Assembly (NCBI RefSeq): GCF_002854065.1
Contig: NZ_CP024147.1
DNA: 64,000 nt
Direction: 5' to 3' (one strand)
From: Escherichia coli
GTDB lineage: Bacteria > Pseudomonadota > Gammaproteobacteria > Enterobacterales > Enterobacteriaceae
A program made the position numbers and the translations under genes. Every line of letters starts with the position of its first letter. Position 1 is the first letter of the stretch. The notes below the pieces were generated by a model that made no database searches, was not told the DNA's origin, and saw nothing but the letters and a program-made list of their open reading frames with translations. Below, piece after piece: positions 22,641 to 35,099 of this stretch.

Positions 22641-23756
22641 ATGCATCGACAATCCTTTTTCCTTGTGCCCCTTATTTGTCTTTCTTCCGCTCTCTGGGCG
22701 GCTCCTGCAACGGTAAATGTCGAAGTACTGCAAGACAAACTCGACCATCCCTGGGCACTGGCCTTTTTACCCGATAATCACGGTATGTTAATCACTCTGC
22801 GCGGCGGCGAGTTGCGTCACTGGCAAGCAGGAAAAGGATTATCTGCGCCGCTTTCCGGAGTTCCGGACGTTTGGGCGCACGGGCAGGGCGGCCTGCTGGA
22901 CGTGGTTTTAGCGCCTGATTTTGCTCAGTCTCGCCGCATCTGGTTAAGTTATTCCGAAGTTGGCGATGATGGCAAAGCCGGAACTGCTGTGGGTTATGGC
23001 CGCTTAAGTGATGATCTCTCAAAAGTGACCGACTTTCGCACCGTCTTTCGCCAGATGCCAAAACTGTCTACCGGCAACCATTTTGGCGGGCGGCTGGTAT
23101 TCGACGGTAAAGGTTATCTTTTTATTGCTCTGGGCGAAAACAATCAGCGCCCGACGGCGCAGAATCTGGATAAATTACAGGGCAAACTGGTGCGTCTGAC
23201 CGACCAGGGCGAAATCCCGGATGATAATCCTTTTATAAAGGAATCCGGTGCGCGCGCCGAGATCTGGTCTTATGGCATTCGTAATCCGCAAGGAATGGCG
23301 ATGAATCCGTGGAGTAATGCACTATGGCTGAATGAACATGGCCCGCGCGGTGGTGATGAAATTAATATCCCGCAAAAAGGCAAAAACTACGGCTGGCCGC
23401 TGGCAACCTGGGGAATCAACTATTCAGGCTTTAAGATACCGGAAGCGAAAGGGGAGATCGTCGCCGGGACCGAGCAACCTGTTTTTTACTGGAAAGATTC
23501 GCCCGCCGTGAGCGGCATGGCCTTCTATAACAGCGATAAATTCCCCCAGTGGCAGCAAAAATTATTTATTGGCGCGCTGAAAGATAAAGATGTCATTGTG
23601 ATGAGCGTCAACGGCGACAAAGTGACAGAAGATGGCCGTATTTTAACGGACAGAGGGCAGCGAATTCGTGATGTTCGCACTGGACCCGACGGTTATTTAT
23701 ATGTTCTCACCGACGAGTCCAGTGGGGAATTACTTAAAGTTAGCCCACGCAATTAG
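22641..23756 (+). CDS. yliI: Soluble aldose sugar dehydrogenase (PQQ-dependent beta-propeller)
   Basis: 371 aa with signal peptide; matches remembered YliI. Confidence 0.85.
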   Translation: MHRQSFFLVPLICLSSALWAAPATVNVEVLQDKLDHPWALAFLPDNHGMLITLRGGELRHWQAGKGLSAPLSGVPDVWAHGQGGLLDVVLAPDFAQSRRIWLSYSEVGDDGKAGTAVGYGRLSDDLSKVTDFRTVFRQMPKLSTGNHFGGRLVFDGKGYLFIALGENNQRPTAQNLDKLQGKLVRLTDQGEIPDDNPFIKESGARAEIWSYGIRNPQGMAMNPWSNALWLNEHGPRGGDEINIPQKGKNYGWPLATWGINYSGFKIPEAKGEIVAGTEQPVFYWKDSPAVSGMAFYNSDKFPQWQQKLFIGALKDKDVIVMSVNGDKVTEDGRILTDRGQRIRDVRTGPDGYLYVLTDESSGELLKVSPRN

Positions 23757-24379
23757 CTAACGGGAATCATCACCACTTTGCGCACTGCGGGGCGTTCAGT
23801 GAGTTGCTGATACCAGCGTTGCAGATTTGGACGCGGTGTCCAGTTCAGGCCAACGTTAAACAAATTGTAGATGAACGGTGCGATAGCGATATCGCCCACA
23901 CCAAACTCGTCGCCAGAGAACCATTTTACTTTTGCCAGTTCCGCATCGAGCAGGGCAAACAGGGCGTCGCACTCTTTGCAACTGGCATCAATGGCGGCCT
24001 GATCGCGCTCTTCCGGTGGTGTTCTGACTAATCCCATCAGGATCCCGCGATGAGCATTACTGAGTGTCTGGTTTGCCCAGTCCATCCATTTTTCTGCTTC
24101 CGCACGACGTGCCGGTGAGTCGATCCACAGGCGTTTTTGCCCGTACTGTGCCGCCAGATAGCGGACAATGGCGTTTGATTCCCAAAGAATGAGATCACTT
24201 TCGTCGTCACGTAACAACGGCACCAGCCCGTTAGGGTTCATCGCCAGAAAATCAGCATCGTGATTTATCCCAAACTCACGGCCCGCGAGAATTTGCTCAT
24301 AAGGTAGTTCCAGTTCTTCGAGCGTCAGCAATACTTTTTTTACGTTGGTTGAATTATTCCGACCCCACAGCGTAATCAT
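23753..24379 (-). CDS. gstB: Glutathione S-transferase GstB
   Basis: Start at [13 protein letters not shown] fold protein of 208 aa. Confidence 0.85.
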   Translation of the reverse strand: MITLWGRNNSTNVKKVLLTLEELELPYEQILAGREFGINHDADFLAMNPNGLVPLLRDDESDLILWESNAIVRYLAAQYGQKRLWIDSPARRAEAEKWMDWANQTLSNAHRGILMGLVRTPPEERDQAAIDASCKECDALFALLDAELAKVKWFSGDEFGVGDIAIAPFIYNLFNVGLNWTPRPNLQRWYQQLTERPAVRKVVMIPVS

Positions 24380-24625
24380 ACTCACCCCTTTTCCGACAGG
24401 CAGCCACAGGCTGAACAGGACTCCGATGGTGAAGTAAAGTTAACTTTTAAGCAACAGCTGGCAAAAAAATGACACCAGAAGCAGCGAAGCGGCAGGATAT
24501 TGCATAAACTTTAAAAACTTTACCAACTTACGGTTTCTTTAAGTTTGTGTGTGCGTTATTAATCACCGAACTTATCATACGGCGATATAACGTATTTTTT
24601 TTGAATGGATACTCGGGTGGCATTT

Positions 24626-25828
24626 ATGACGCAATACTCCTCTCTCCTTCGTGGTCTTGCAGCGGGTTCTGCATTTTTATTCCTTTTTGCCCCAACGGCA
24701 TTCGCGGCCGAACAAACCGTTGAAGCGCCGAGCGTGGATGCGCGTGCATGGATTTTAATGGATTACGCCAGCGGTAAAGTGCTGGCAGAAGGCAATGCGG
24801 ATGAGAAACTGGATCCCGCGAGCCTGACTAAAATCATGACCAGCTATGTGGTTGGGCAGGCGCTTAAGGCCGATAAGATTAAACTCACCGATATGGTGAC
24901 GGTCGGTAAAGATGCCTGGGCGACGGGAAATCCGGCACTGCGTGGTTCATCGGTAATGTTCCTCAAACCGGGCGATCAGGTTTCGGTGGCAGACTTGAAC
25001 AAAGGTGTGATTATCCAGTCCGGTAATGACGCCTGTATTGCGCTGGCCGATTACGTTGCCGGGAGCCAGGAGTCATTTATTGGTTTGATGAATGGTTATG
25101 CCAAAAAACTGGGTCTGACCAACACTACCTTCCAGACGGTGCACGGTCTGGATGCGCCGGGGCAGTTCAGTACCGCGCGCGATATGGCATTGCTGGGTAA
25201 AGCATTGATCCACGATGTGCCGGAAGAGTACGCCATTCATAAAGAGAAAGAGTTCACCTTCAACAAAATTCGTCAGCCTAACCGTAACCGTCTGCTGTGG
25301 AGCAGCAATCTGAATGTTGATGGCATGAAGACAGGAACCACGGCAGGCGCGGGATATAATCTGGTTGCTTCGGCTACCCAGGGCGATATGCGTTTAATCT
25401 CCGTAGTGCTGGGGGCGAAAACTGACCGTATCCGTTTTAATGAGTCTGAGAAATTATTGACCTGGGGTTTCCGCTTCTTTGAAACCGTGACGCCAATTAA
25501 ACCTGATGCCACCTTTGTGACTCAGCGAGTCTGGTTTGGTGATAAGAGCGAAGTGAATCTCGGGGCAGGTGAAGCGGGCTCAGTGACCATACCGCGTGGG
25601 CAGCTGAAAAACCTGAAAGCGAGTTATACGTTAACGGAACCGCAGCTTACCGCACCGCTGAAAAAAGGTCAGGTTGTCGGGACCATTGATTTCCAGCTTA
25701 ACGGTAAATCCATTGAGCAGCGTCCGCTGATCGTGATGGAAAATGTGGAAGAGGGCGGATTCTTTGGTCGGATGTGGGATTTCGTGATGATGAAATTCCA
25801 TCAGTGGTTCGGCAGCTGGTTCTCTTAA
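24626..25828 (+). CDS. dacC: D-alanyl-D-alanine carboxypeptidase PBP6
   Basis: Start at MTQYSSLL; SxxK (SLTK), SGN and KTG motifs present. Confidence 0.9.
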   Translation: MTQYSSLLRGLAAGSAFLFLFAPTAFAAEQTVEAPSVDARAWILMDYASGKVLAEGNADEKLDPASLTKIMTSYVVGQALKADKIKLTDMVTVGKDAWATGNPALRGSSVMFLKPGDQVSVADLNKGVIIQSGNDACIALADYVAGSQESFIGLMNGYAKKLGLTNTTFQTVHGLDAPGQFSTARDMALLGKALIHDVPEEYAIHKEKEFTFNKIRQPNRNRLLWSSNLNVDGMKTGTTAGAGYNLVASATQGDMRLISVVLGAKTDRIRFNESEKLLTWGFRFFETVTPIKPDATFVTQRVWFGDKSEVNLGAGEAGSVTIPRGQLKNLKASYTLTEPQLTAPLKKGQVVGTIDFQLNGKSIEQRPLIVMENVEEGGFFGRMWDFVMMKFHQWFGSWFS

Positions 25829-25874
25829 TCTTCTGATAACCGGATGGCGCGAAACGTCATCCGGTTATACGTCA

Positions 25875-26633
25875 TTAATACATCAACTTAATACGCTGCG
25901 TCTGCGCGTACTTCACATACTCATCTTCCGGGCAACAATCACTCACCACAATATCAAAGCGTTTCAGGTCACCCATGCGCGCCGGACGCACCTTGCCAAA
26001 TTTACTGTGGTCGACAACCAGCACATGCTTTTGCGCCATCGACATGGCCCAGTGTTTTACCGGCAACTCTTCAAGATTAAAACAGGTAGCGCCTTTACTG
26101 ACATGCACGCCCGCCGCGGAATAAAAAGCGATATCCGGGCAAAAATTATTCAACGTTTGCTGAAAATCGATGGGTTTGAAAATGGCGTTGCTGGCGTGAA
26201 ATTCACCACCGCACAGAAATGCGCGGCAATGGGGTTTCTCTTTCAGCGCCAGAAAGGTATTTAGCGAATAACAAACGGCGGTGAAAGGTATTTCATTATC
26301 AATCGCTTCAATAATCCACGGCGTGGTGGTGCCACAGTCAAAAAAGAGGGTCTGATCGGGTTCTACTAGCGTCGCAGCCAGTTTTGCCGCCCGGCGTTTT
26401 TCTTCCACCAGGCGGGATTTTTGATCGCTTAACAGGTAATGGCTGGCACTGCGCGGTTCCAGAACAATATAGCCGCCGAGCAAAACGACGGGCGCACTGT
26501 GGTTGTTCAGATCGCGACGAATCGTCATCTCCGAAACCCCAAGCAGGGCGGCGGCGTCTTTAAGATGTAACTTATCGCTGCGTTTTAATTCTTGCAGCAG
26601 CTGCCCGATACGCTCTTCGCGACGTGTTTCCAT
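25875..26633 (-). CDS. deoR: DeoR transcriptional repressor
   Basis: 252 aa; N-terminal HTH, DeoR-family C-terminal domain. Confidence 0.9.
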   Translation of the reverse strand: METRREERIGQLLQELKRSDKLHLKDAAALLGVSEMTIRRDLNNHSAPVVLLGGYIVLEPRSASHYLLSDQKSRLVEEKRRAAKLAATLVEPDQTLFFDCGTTTPWIIEAIDNEIPFTAVCYSLNTFLALKEKPHCRAFLCGGEFHASNAIFKPIDFQQTLNNFCPDIAFYSAAGVHVSKGATCFNLEELPVKHWAMSMAQKHVLVVDHSKFGKVRPARMGDLKRFDIVVSDCCPEDEYVKYAQTQRIKLMY

Positions 26634-26690
26634 AATCCCTCTGAATAGTTATTGAAGCGAGCCGCTCAATACTACACTTTTTAGCAGAGA

Positions 26691-27287
26691 TCAGTCACGC
26701 ACCCAGCCTTTGCGGATCGGTAATGCAAAACAGAAGCGATACCACGATTGCAGACGTTGATAGAGTTTATGCCCCATCGCTTGCCAGATAATCTGGGCAC
26801 TAAGGCAGCCAATCATACCTGCCAGCAATCCACCGAGCATATCCAGCGGCCAGTGGACGCCAAGATAAACGCGCGACCAGGCAATGACGACGGCCAGCAC
26901 CATTAAAAGTGAGCCGGACCACAGGCGATGCCAGCATAAAAATGCCAGTGCAAAGGTGAAAATCACCGTACCGTGATCGCTCGGGAATGAGTCATCCGCC
27001 GCATGATGCAGGAAGTTATAGCCGATATTTTCGACAAACGGTCGGTCGTGCGGAAAAAGATGTCCCATCGTCCAGGACACAAACAGGCTGACCGCCAGCG
27101 CGATAGCGATTTTTATCACCAGTTGCCGTTGTGCTGTAAGCCCCCACAACCAAAGTACCGCGGCCAGCAACGGCACCACGGTAATCAAATCTTTAGCAAT
27201 AAAAATCGCCAACGAGATCATCCACGGAGCCGAGTCTGGCGTCGCGTTAATAAGAGAGAATAGAGAGAGATTCAAATTTTCCAGCAT
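26691..27287 (-). CDS. ybjG: Undecaprenyl-pyrophosphate phosphatase (PAP2 family)
   Basis: Start at MLENLNLS; PAP2 motifs PSDH and HWPLD. Confidence 0.85.
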   Translation of the reverse strand: MLENLNLSLFSLINATPDSAPWMISLAIFIAKDLITVVPLLAAVLWLWGLTAQRQLVIKIAIALAVSLFVSWTMGHLFPHDRPFVENIGYNFLHHAADDSFPSDHGTVIFTFALAFLCWHRLWSGSLLMVLAVVIAWSRVYLGVHWPLDMLGGLLAGMIGCLSAQIIWQAMGHKLYQRLQSWYRFCFALPIRKGWVRD

Positions 27288-27571
27288 AACTTCCCGACGC
27301 AAAGTGATTAAAAGGGAGCCAATACAGGCAACTCGTTGAGAATAAAGTGCAGGTTAAACTGGGTAAAGCGGCATCGTCTTATTTCCCTCAAGCGGCCTGT
27401 TTACGGTGGGTGATTGTAACGGGCATAGGTTAAATAAAACTTAAAGAAAGCGTAGCTATACTCGCAATAATGTAAGAATGTGCTTAACCGCGGTTTCAGC
27501 TACAAAATTCGCTTTCTCGTTAGCTGCGCTTTTATTAAACTTTGCGCGATTATTATTGGCGAAGAAATTGC

Positions 27572-28804
27572 ATGCAAAATAAATTAGCTTCCGGTGCCAG
27601 GCTTGGACGTCAGGCGTTACTTTTCCCTCTCTGTCTGGTGCTTTACGAATTTTCAACCTATATCGGCAACGATATGATTCAACCCGGTATGTTGGCCGTG
27701 GTGGAACAATATCAGGCGGGCATTGATTGGGTTCCTACTTCGATGACCGCGTATCTGGCGGGCGGGATGTTTTTACAATGGCTCCTGGGGCCGCTGTCGG
27801 ATCGTATTGGTCGCCGGCCGGTGATGCTGGCGGGTGTGGTGTGGTTTATTGTCACCTGTCTGGCAATATTACTGGCGCAAAACATTGAACAATTCACCCT
27901 GTTGCGCTTCTTGCAGGGCATAAGCCTCTGTTTCATTGGCGCTGTGGGATACGCCGCAATTCAGGAATCCTTCGAAGAGGCGGTTTGTATCAAGATCACC
28001 GCGCTGATGGCGAACGTGGCGCTGATTGCTCCGCTACTTGGTCCACTGGTGGGCGCGGCGTGGATCCATGTGCTGCCCTGGGAAGGGATGTTTGTCTTGT
28101 TTGCCGCATTGGCAGCGATCTCCTTTTTCGGTCTGCAACGAGCCATGCCTGAAACCGCCACGCGTATAGGCGAGAAACTGTCGCTGAAAGAACTCGGTCG
28201 TGACTATAAGCTGGTGCTGAAGAACGGTCGCTTTGTGGCGGGGGCGCTGGCGCTGGGATTCGTTAGCCTGCCGTTGCTGGCGTGGATCGCCCAGTCGCCG
28301 ATTATCATCATTACCGGCGAGCAGTTGAGCAGCTATGAATATGGTTTGCTGCAAGTGCCTATTTTCGGGGCGTTAATTGCGGGTAACTTGCTGTTAGCGC
28401 GTCTGACCTCGCGCCGCACCGTACGTTCGCTGATTATTATGGGCGGCTGGCCGATTATGATTGGTCTGTTGGTCGCTGCTGCGGCAACGGTTATCTCATC
28501 GCACGCGTATTTATGGATGACCGCCGGGTTAAGTATTTATGCTTTCGGTATTGGTCTGGCGAATGCGGGACTGGTGCGATTAACCCTGTTTGCCAGCGAT
28601 ATGAGTAAAGGTACGGTTTCTGCGGCGATGGGAATGCTGCAAATGCTGATCTTTACCGTCGGTATTGAAATCAGCAAACATGCCTGGCTGAACGGGGGCA
28701 ACGGACTGTTTAATCTCTTCAACCTTGTCAACGGAATTTTGTGGCTGTCGCTGATGGTTATCTTTTTAAAAGATAAACAGATGGGAAATTCTCACGAAGG
28801 GTAA
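27572..28804 (+). CDS. mdfA: Multidrug MFS efflux transporter MdfA
   Basis: Start at [12 protein letters not shown]; 410 aa, 12-TM MFS. Confidence 0.9.
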
Positions 28805-28807
28805 AAA

Positions 28808-28838
28808 AATGCCTGATTGCTTTGTGCGATCAGGCATT
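28808..28838. terminator. Bidirectional terminator hairpin between mdfA and ybjH
   Basis: aatgcctgat...atcaggcatt 10-bp perfect arms. Confidence 0.5.
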
Positions 28839-28844
28839 CTCGAA

Positions 28845-29129
28845 TTAATGGTGATGGTCGTCAATCTGGTGTTCGATAACCATCCCTTCACCTACGCTGG
28901 CAAGATGGCGAACATAAGGATGCGGGCGGTAAGCCGGAGCTGGCGCAGGAGCCACATAGACGGTTTGCGGCACAGTCGCGACGCTGACCGCTTGTGGAAC
29001 GCTGACTGAATCAGGAACCACAACCACTTTGTATCCACTCGGCACATCGACGGTGACACTTTGCGCCATCGCCACACCAGTAAAGCCCATTAAAAGCGCG
29101 CCCAACAGTAGACAATTTTTCATAAACAT
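28845..29129 (-). CDS. ybjH: Small secreted protein YbjH
   Basis: 94 aa with signal peptide and C-terminal His-rich tail. Confidence 0.7.
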   Translation of the reverse strand: MFMKNCLLLGALLMGFTGVAMAQSVTVDVPSGYKVVVVPDSVSVPQAVSVATVPQTVYVAPAPAPAYRPHPYVRHLASVGEGMVIEHQIDDHHH

Positions 29130-29214
29130 TTCGCCTGAAATAATGCAGCGGGTTAATTTCCGCGAATTATGCAGCCTTCATTCAGGTATTGTGTTGCCGG
29201 GCGTGCTGCCGTTT

Positions 29215-30030
29215 TTATTGGTCAAATGGCGCTTCGTGTTTAAGAACTTTATCGATCACATCCAGTACGCCTTCACGGTTATTGGAGCCTGCCCGGTATT
29301 TTGCCGCTGCGACGACCGCGTTGCCGGCATTTTCCATTGCAAAACTAAAGCCTGCCTGACGCAGCATCTCAATATCGTTACCGCCATCGCCAAAGACCAC
29401 CACTTCGCTGTCGTCTATTCCCCATAATTTCTGCAGTTGGCGAAGGCCATTGGCTTTATGTACGCCGGGGATAATCAGATCGATGCTGCCGTTGCCGGTG
29501 TGGACCGGCACCATAATATCGCCGATGGCCTCATGTAATGTTTTTTGTACTTGTGGAATCAGTTCATCGGAAAGATTCAGGCCAAACTTAAAGAAGATAT
29601 CTTCTAAGTTGTCAAAGTTATCGACGTATTCCAGACGGTGATAATACATTTCCGCCACCGTTTTCATGGCATCGTCATATTTTTTGAGCGTATAGGCGCT
29701 ATTTTTTCCGCAGGCAATAATTTCCACTTCCGGGCGCGTCAGCAAATGTTCCACGACAGTAGTAAACGCATCCTTCGACAGCTCGCCATTAAAAACATCT
29801 TTGCCTTCACTCACTACCCAGCCGCCGTTTTCAGCCACAAAGGCAATTTCATTAGCAATTTCAGGGAAGAAAGAGATCAACTGATAATATTGATTCCCGC
29901 TGGCGACCACAAAGCGAATGCCTTGTGCTTTCATTTGCTGATACTGAGCCATAAACCGCTCACGGTTATAGGTTTTTTGATCGCTTAAGAAAGTACCATC
30001 CATGTCTACCGCAATTAATTTAATGCTCAT
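29215..30030 (-). CDS. ybjI: HAD-superfamily (Cof-type) phosphatase YbjI
   Basis: Paralog-like to ybiV (AVDMDGTFL); start ATG overlaps ybjJ stop (ATGA). Confidence 0.85.
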   Translation of the reverse strand: MSIKLIAVDMDGTFLSDQKTYNRERFMAQYQQMKAQGIRFVVASGNQYYQLISFFPEIANEIAFVAENGGWVVSEGKDVFNGELSKDAFTTVVEHLLTRPEVEIIACGKNSAYTLKKYDDAMKTVAEMYYHRLEYVDNFDNLEDIFFKFGLNLSDELIPQVQKTLHEAIGDIMVPVHTGNGSIDLIIPGVHKANGLRQLQKLWGIDDSEVVVFGDGGNDIEMLRQAGFSFAMENAGNAVVAAAKYRAGSNNREGVLDVIDKVLKHEAPFDQ

Positions 30031-31238
30031 CAACTATTCTCCATCGCCGTCTGCGTTTTGGTATCGGGTTTGGCGACGGCTTTCGCGACAATAGCCGCGA
30101 GAATAACCAGCGCCAGTACAACCAGCATTGCACTACGTAATCCATAATGTTCGCCGAGATAGCCCAGCAGCGGCGGCCCGACGAGGAAAGCCAGATAACC
30201 GGTCGTTGCTACCACACTGACGCGGGTTGGTGCATCGGGGCCGGTATCGCTGGCAGCAGAAATAGTCAGCGGGAAGCCCAGCGAGGCACCCAGTCCCCAG
30301 AGTACAACAGACACCCCAGCGACCCAGGCGCTATCGACAAAAATAATCAGCCCAATACCCAACGCCCCCATTAGCGCACTGGCCCGAACCACGGCAACGC
30401 GACTGTAACGGTCGATGAACCAACCGCCAGTGAAGCGTCCAACGGTCATCCCCAGGGTAAAACCGGCATAAATCAGCGAGCCGGAAGTGGGGCTAAAACC
30501 GTGACCGTCAACCATTAATAAGGGTAACCAGTCGTTGGCAGAACCTTCGGCAAAGGCCATCGCCAGCACCACAACACCAATCAGCAGCAACTGGATATCG
30601 CGATAAAAAGGTACGCCTTTTTCGCCATGCTGGGTGCCATCGGCAGCATTTTTGCCCGTACCGTCAGGGATTGCCTGAATGGCGATATATATAGGCGCGA
30701 TGCCTACCAGCGCCGCCAATAAAATGTGCACCGTTGCCGGAACGCCAAAGGCCGTCAGTGCCATCCCGACACCAGCGCCTGCCAGCGTGCCCAGGCTATA
30801 AAAACCGTGCATCATCGGCAAAACCGTTTTATTCATTTCTCGCTCAACGGCGGCACCTTCAACGTTTATCGCCACTTCCGCAGAACCAAAACTTGCCCCA
30901 AAGACGCCGAGACCAACGGCAAAGAGCAGGGGCGATGTCAGCCAGAGTGCCAGACTTAATATCATCATCCCGACCAATGCGCAGGACATGGTGACCAGGA
31001 TGACATTACGTGTCCCAAAGCGTTTCACTAACCACGCCGAGCAGAGAATACCGCTCATCGAACCGATCGACAGACCAAAGAGAACACCGCCCATTTCAGC
31101 GATCGAGACAGAGAGAATATCGCGGATAGCAGGCGTACGGGTTGCCCAGGACGTCATTAACAGGCCCGGCAAAAAGAAGAACATAAACAGCGCCCAGGTT
31201 CGGCGTTTCAATGCATTACGTGAAGAATTTACGGTCAT
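30030..31238 (-). CDS. ybjJ: MFS transporter YbjJ
   Basis: 402 aa polytopic membrane protein. Confidence 0.85.
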   Translation of the reverse strand: MTVNSSRNALKRRTWALFMFFFLPGLLMTSWATRTPAIRDILSVSIAEMGGVLFGLSIGSMSGILCSAWLVKRFGTRNVILVTMSCALVGMMILSLALWLTSPLLFAVGLGVFGASFGSAEVAINVEGAAVEREMNKTVLPMMHGFYSLGTLAGAGVGMALTAFGVPATVHILLAALVGIAPIYIAIQAIPDGTGKNAADGTQHGEKGVPFYRDIQLLLIGVVVLAMAFAEGSANDWLPLLMVDGHGFSPTSGSLIYAGFTLGMTVGRFTGGWFIDRYSRVAVVRASALMGALGIGLIIFVDSAWVAGVSVVLWGLGASLGFPLTISAASDTGPDAPTRVSVVATTGYLAFLVGPPLLGYLGEHYGLRSAMLVVLALVILAAIVAKAVAKPDTKTQTAMENS

Positions 31239-31321
31239 AGATCACGTCAAAATAAGAAGAGGGAAGACAACATTAGCAAGGTTGTGTACATTTGTACACA
31301 ATTGCAGACAGAGGAAATGAC

Positions 31322-31858
31322 ATGCGTCGCGCTAACGATCCGCAACGGCGAGAAAAAATTATCCAGGCCACGCTGGAGGCGGTGAAACTTTACGGAATAC
31401 ATGCTGTTACGCACCGCAAAATTGCTACCCTTGCCGGGGTACCGTTGGGATCGATGACCTACTATTTTTCAGGAATTGATGAGTTGTTGCTGGAGGCGTT
31501 CAGCAGTTTTACTGAGATCATGTCCCGGCAATATCAGGCATTTTTTAGCGATGTTATTGATGCTCAAGGCGCATGCCAGGCTATCACCGATATGATCTAC
31601 AGCTCACAGGTGGCAACGCCGGATAACATGGAGTTGATGTACCAGCTCTACGCGCTGGCTAGCCGAAAACCGCTATTAAAAACGGTAATGCAAAACTGGA
31701 TGCAGCGCAGTCAGCAAACGCTCGAACAATGGTTTGAACCCGGAACCGCCCGCGCGCTTGATGCGTTTATTGAGGGGATGACGCTGCATTTTGTCACCGA
31801 CCGTAAGCCGCTATCGCGCGAGGAGATTTTGAGGATGGTTGAGAGGGTTGCTGGGTAG
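31322..31858 (+). CDS. rcdA: TetR-family regulator RcdA
   Basis: Start at [14 protein letters not shown]-terminal TetR HTH. Confidence 0.85.
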   Translation: MRRANDPQRREKIIQATLEAVKLYGIHAVTHRKIATLAGVPLGSMTYYFSGIDELLLEAFSSFTEIMSRQYQAFFSDVIDAQGACQAITDMIYSSQVATPDNMELMYQLYALASRKPLLKTVMQNWMQRSQQTLEQWFEPGTARALDAFIEGMTLHFVTDRKPLSREEILRMVERVAG

Positions 31859-32032
31859 TAGATAAATTTTAGGCAACAAAAAACCCACCAACCTTGAACC
31901 GAAATGGCGGGGTTGATGGGCTCCACAAAATGGGGACATCAAAGAAAAGCAGTGGCACTAATTAAGACTGATGCCCTGCGGAAAAGTTCTGCGGTTGTGC
32001 AAAAAAATTTCATTTTCAGGGCAACTTCAGTT

Positions 32033-33718
32033 TTATCCTAATCCTGGCCATACCATGACGATGATTGTCCCTGCCAGCGTCAGCAGGACGTTGGCGATTG
32101 CATAGGTGCCCGCATAGCCCAGCGCCGGGATGTTACTGCGAGCTGTATCACTGATGATCTCCATTGCCGGCGCGCAGGTGCGTGCGCCCATCATTGCGCC
32201 GAACAACAGTGCGCGGTTCATTCGCAATACATAAGCACCGAACAAGAAACAGATAACTACGGGCACCAGACTGACAATCAATCCGGCAATCAACATCTGG
32301 CCGCCAATCGCGCCCAGGCCGTTATTAATACCGCTACCGGCGCTCAGACCAACGCCTGCCATAAACACCATCAAGCCGAACTCTTTCACCATGCTTAATG
32401 CACCTTGCGGAATGTAACCGAAGGTCGGGTGGTTAGCACGCATAAAGCCCAGCATAATTCCGGCGAATAACAACCCGGCAGCGTTCCCCATGCCGAAACT
32501 GAATGTGCTGAACTGGAAGGTGATCATCCCGATCATCAGCCCAATAACAAAGAAGGCGCAGAATGCCAGCAGGTCAGTGACCTGGCTGTGAATCGAGATA
32601 AAGCCGATGCGATCGGCGATGGTTTTTACGCGGCGGGCATCGCCGCTGACTTGTAAAACGTCACCTTTGTTAAGCACGACGTTGTCATCTATCGGCATCT
32701 CAATCTGGCTACGAATGACGCGGTTAAGGAAGCAACCGTGATCGGTCAACTTCAGTTGTGCGAGACGTTTGCCAACGGCGTTATGGTTTTTAACGACCAC
32801 TTCTTCAGTGACGATACGCATGTCGAGAAGGTCACGATCGAAAACTTCTTTACCGTTACGGAAGCTGGGATCGAGTCGGGCATGGGCGTCGGGATAGCCT
32901 ACCAACGCTATTTCATCGCCCATTTGTAGCACGGCATCACCGTCTGGATTTGCCAGAATCCCGTTACGTCGAATACGTTCAATGTAGCAGCCGGTTTGTC
33001 GATAAATACCCAGTTCACGCAGATTTTTGCCGTCGGTCCAGGCCACCAGCTCCGGGCCGACGCGGTAGGCGCGGATCACCGGTAAATAAACTTTACGGTT
33101 GGCATCAGTGTCCAGGCCACGTTCGCGGGCGATTTGCTGGGCGCTGGTCTGTAAGTCCTGATGCTGCAATTTCGGCAAGTAACGCGCACCAACAATCAAA
33201 CTCACCAGACCGATTAAATAGGTTAAGGCATACCCGAGGCTCAGATTATCCAGTGCCAGTGCGAGCTGCCTGCTTTCCATACCGGAATGACGCAGTGTAT
33301 CGCCAGCACCGACCAGAACCGGTGTCGACGTCATAGAGCCTGCTAACATACCGGCCGTCAGGCCAATATCCCAGCCAAACAGCTTACCTAACCCTAAGGC
33401 GATCACCAGCGCACTGCCAACCATCACCAGTGCTAACATTAGGTAATTTTTCCCATCGCGAAAAAAAATGGAAAAAAAGTTCGGTCCGGCTTCGACCCCG
33501 ACGCAGAAAATAAACAGCATAAAGCCAAGATTAAGCGCATCGGTGTTAATGCTGAAATGTTGTTGGCCTAATAACAGCGATACGACTAAAACGCCAATGG
33601 AATTACCCAGTTGGATCGAACCAAGTCGTAACTTTCCGAGACATAGCCCAAGCGCGAGGACCACAAATAATAACAGAATGTAATTCCCATTTAACAATTC
33701 GGCGACGTTTATATTCAC
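32033..33718 (-). CDS. ybjL: Putative transporter YbjL (AAE-family, two TrkA-C domains)
   Basis: 561 aa membrane protein. Confidence 0.85.
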   Translation of the reverse strand: MNINVAELLNGNYILLLFVVLALGLCLGKLRLGSIQLGNSIGVLVVSLLLGQQHFSINTDALNLGFMLFIFCVGVEAGPNFFSIFFRDGKNYLMLALVMVGSALVIALGLGKLFGWDIGLTAGMLAGSMTSTPVLVGAGDTLRHSGMESRQLALALDNLSLGYALTYLIGLVSLIVGARYLPKLQHQDLQTSAQQIARERGLDTDANRKVYLPVIRAYRVGPELVAWTDGKNLRELGIYRQTGCYIERIRRNGILANPDGDAVLQMGDEIALVGYPDAHARLDPSFRNGKEVFDRDLLDMRIVTEEVVVKNHNAVGKRLAQLKLTDHGCFLNRVIRSQIEMPIDDNVVLNKGDVLQVSGDARRVKTIADRIGFISIHSQVTDLLAFCAFFVIGLMIGMITFQFSTFSFGMGNAAGLLFAGIMLGFMRANHPTFGYIPQGALSMVKEFGLMVFMAGVGLSAGSGINNGLGAIGGQMLIAGLIVSLVPVVICFLFGAYVLRMNRALLFGAMMGARTCAPAMEIISDTARSNIPALGYAGTYAIANVLLTLAGTIIVMVWPGLG

Positions 33719-33987
33719 GGAGGCTAACTTCTTGTTTACTAGTAAGCTGTTGAAAGAAATGGTAATTTACGATAATGTTTTTTACCAGAATTCAGGGCGC
33801 AGATTCATTCAGCGCACCTAAACGATAGTAAAGTAACAATATATTTTACTAGTGTAATCACATTAGGTATCAACGGCTATATGAATTGCGTTGGCCTATA
33901 TTAGCATGGAATGCGAAGCGGCTTTATCTTACTGAACGCCACACTGGCGAAAAATGTGTTCGATAGACGCAGTGTCAGGAGGAACGA

Positions 33988-34365
33988 GTGAAACATAAAC
34001 AACGTTGGGCGGGGGCAATCTGCTGTTTTGTCCTCTTCATTGTGGTGTGCCTTTTTCTGGCGACGCACATGAAAGGCGCTTTTCGGGCTGCCGGGCATCC
34101 TGAAATCGGCTTGCTGTTTTTCATTCTTCCTGGAGCAGTTGCCAGTTTCTTTTCACAGCGTAGAGAAGTCCTGAAACCTCTATTTGGCGCAATGCTGGCG
34201 GCACCCTGTTCAATGCTTATTATGCGGCTGTTTTTTTCACCGACCCGCTCATTCTGGCAAGAGCTGGCATGGTTACTAAGCGCGGTGTTCTGGTGTGCGC
34301 TGGGGGCACTGTGTTTCTTATTTATCAGTAGTTTGTTTAAACCACAGCACAGAAAAAATCAGTAA
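33988..34365 (+). CDS. ybjM: Inner membrane protein YbjM
   Basis: 125 aa hydrophobic ORF. Confidence 0.7.
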   Translation: MKHKQRWAGAICCFVLFIVVCLFLATHMKGAFRAAGHPEIGLLFFILPGAVASFFSQRREVLKPLFGAMLAAPCSMLIMRLFFSPTRSFWQELAWLLSAVFWCALGALCFLFISSLFKPQHRKNQ

Positions 34366-34394
34366 AGCCCTCAACGTGAGGGCTCGTCAGACGA

Positions 34395-34652
34395 TCAGGC
34401 GTCCAGATTTTCTTTCACCCATGCAGCAAAATCGGTATAGCCGCCGATATGTTGCTGATCGACAAAAATCTGCGGCACGGTTTCTACGGGTTTACCTGCC
34501 TTTTGTTGTAGATCTTCTTTAGTGATCCCTTCCGCACGAATATCTACATACTGATACTGAAAATCATCGCGTTCATTGCTCAATTTCTCAGCCAGATCTT
34601 TTGCACGCACACAGTAAGGGCAACCCGGACGACCAAAAATAACGGTTTGCAT
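34395..34652 (-). CDS. grxA: Glutaredoxin 1
   Basis: Start at MQTVIFGRPGCPYC; CPYC active site. Confidence 0.9.
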   Translation of the reverse strand: MQTVIFGRPGCPYCVRAKDLAEKLSNERDDFQYQYVDIRAEGITKEDLQQKAGKPVETVPQIFVDQQHIGGYTDFAAWVKENLDA

Positions 34653-34811
34653 TATTTCTCTCCTCATAGATTTATGCCTGTAATGATCACGCTAAAATGT
34701 ATTCGCTGAAAGTAGGTTTAACCTGTTGCATTAATTGCTAAAAGCTATAACTGTTAAACACAATACAGTGAAAAGTTTTAGACTGAAGGCTCACTTTGCA
34801 GAGGGAAGCGT

Positions 34812-35099
34812 ATGCGCGCGATCGGTAAATTGCCTAAGAGCGTGTTGATACTGGAATTTATCGGAATGATGTTGCTGGCGGTGGCGCTGCTGTCGGTAAG
34901 CGACTCCCTGTCGCTGCCTGAGCCATTTTCTCGGCCAGAAGTGCAGATTCTGATGATTTTTCTCGGTGTTTTGCTCATGCTTCCCGCTGCGGTGGTGGTT
35001 ATTCTTCAGGTGGCAAAACGTCTTGCCCCACAGCTGATGAACCGTCCACCGCAATATTCACGTTCAGAAAGAGAAAAAGATAATGACGCCAACCATTGA
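34812..35099 (+). CDS. ybjC: Small membrane protein YbjC
   Basis: 95 aa; overlaps nfsA start, consistent with ybjC-nfsA-rimK-ybjN operon. Confidence 0.75.
   Translation: MRAIGKLPKSVLILEFIGMMLLAVALLSVSDSLSLPEPFSRPEVQILMIFLGVLLMLPAAVVVILQVAKRLAPQLMNRPPQYSRSEREKDNDANH

Noticed and set aside
31859-32032. Imperfect inverted repeat cccaccaacc...ggttgatggg between rcdA and ybjL as a possible small RNA
   Set aside because: Most simply a bidirectional terminator for the convergent rcdA and ybjL genes; no promoter-like elements to support an independent transcript
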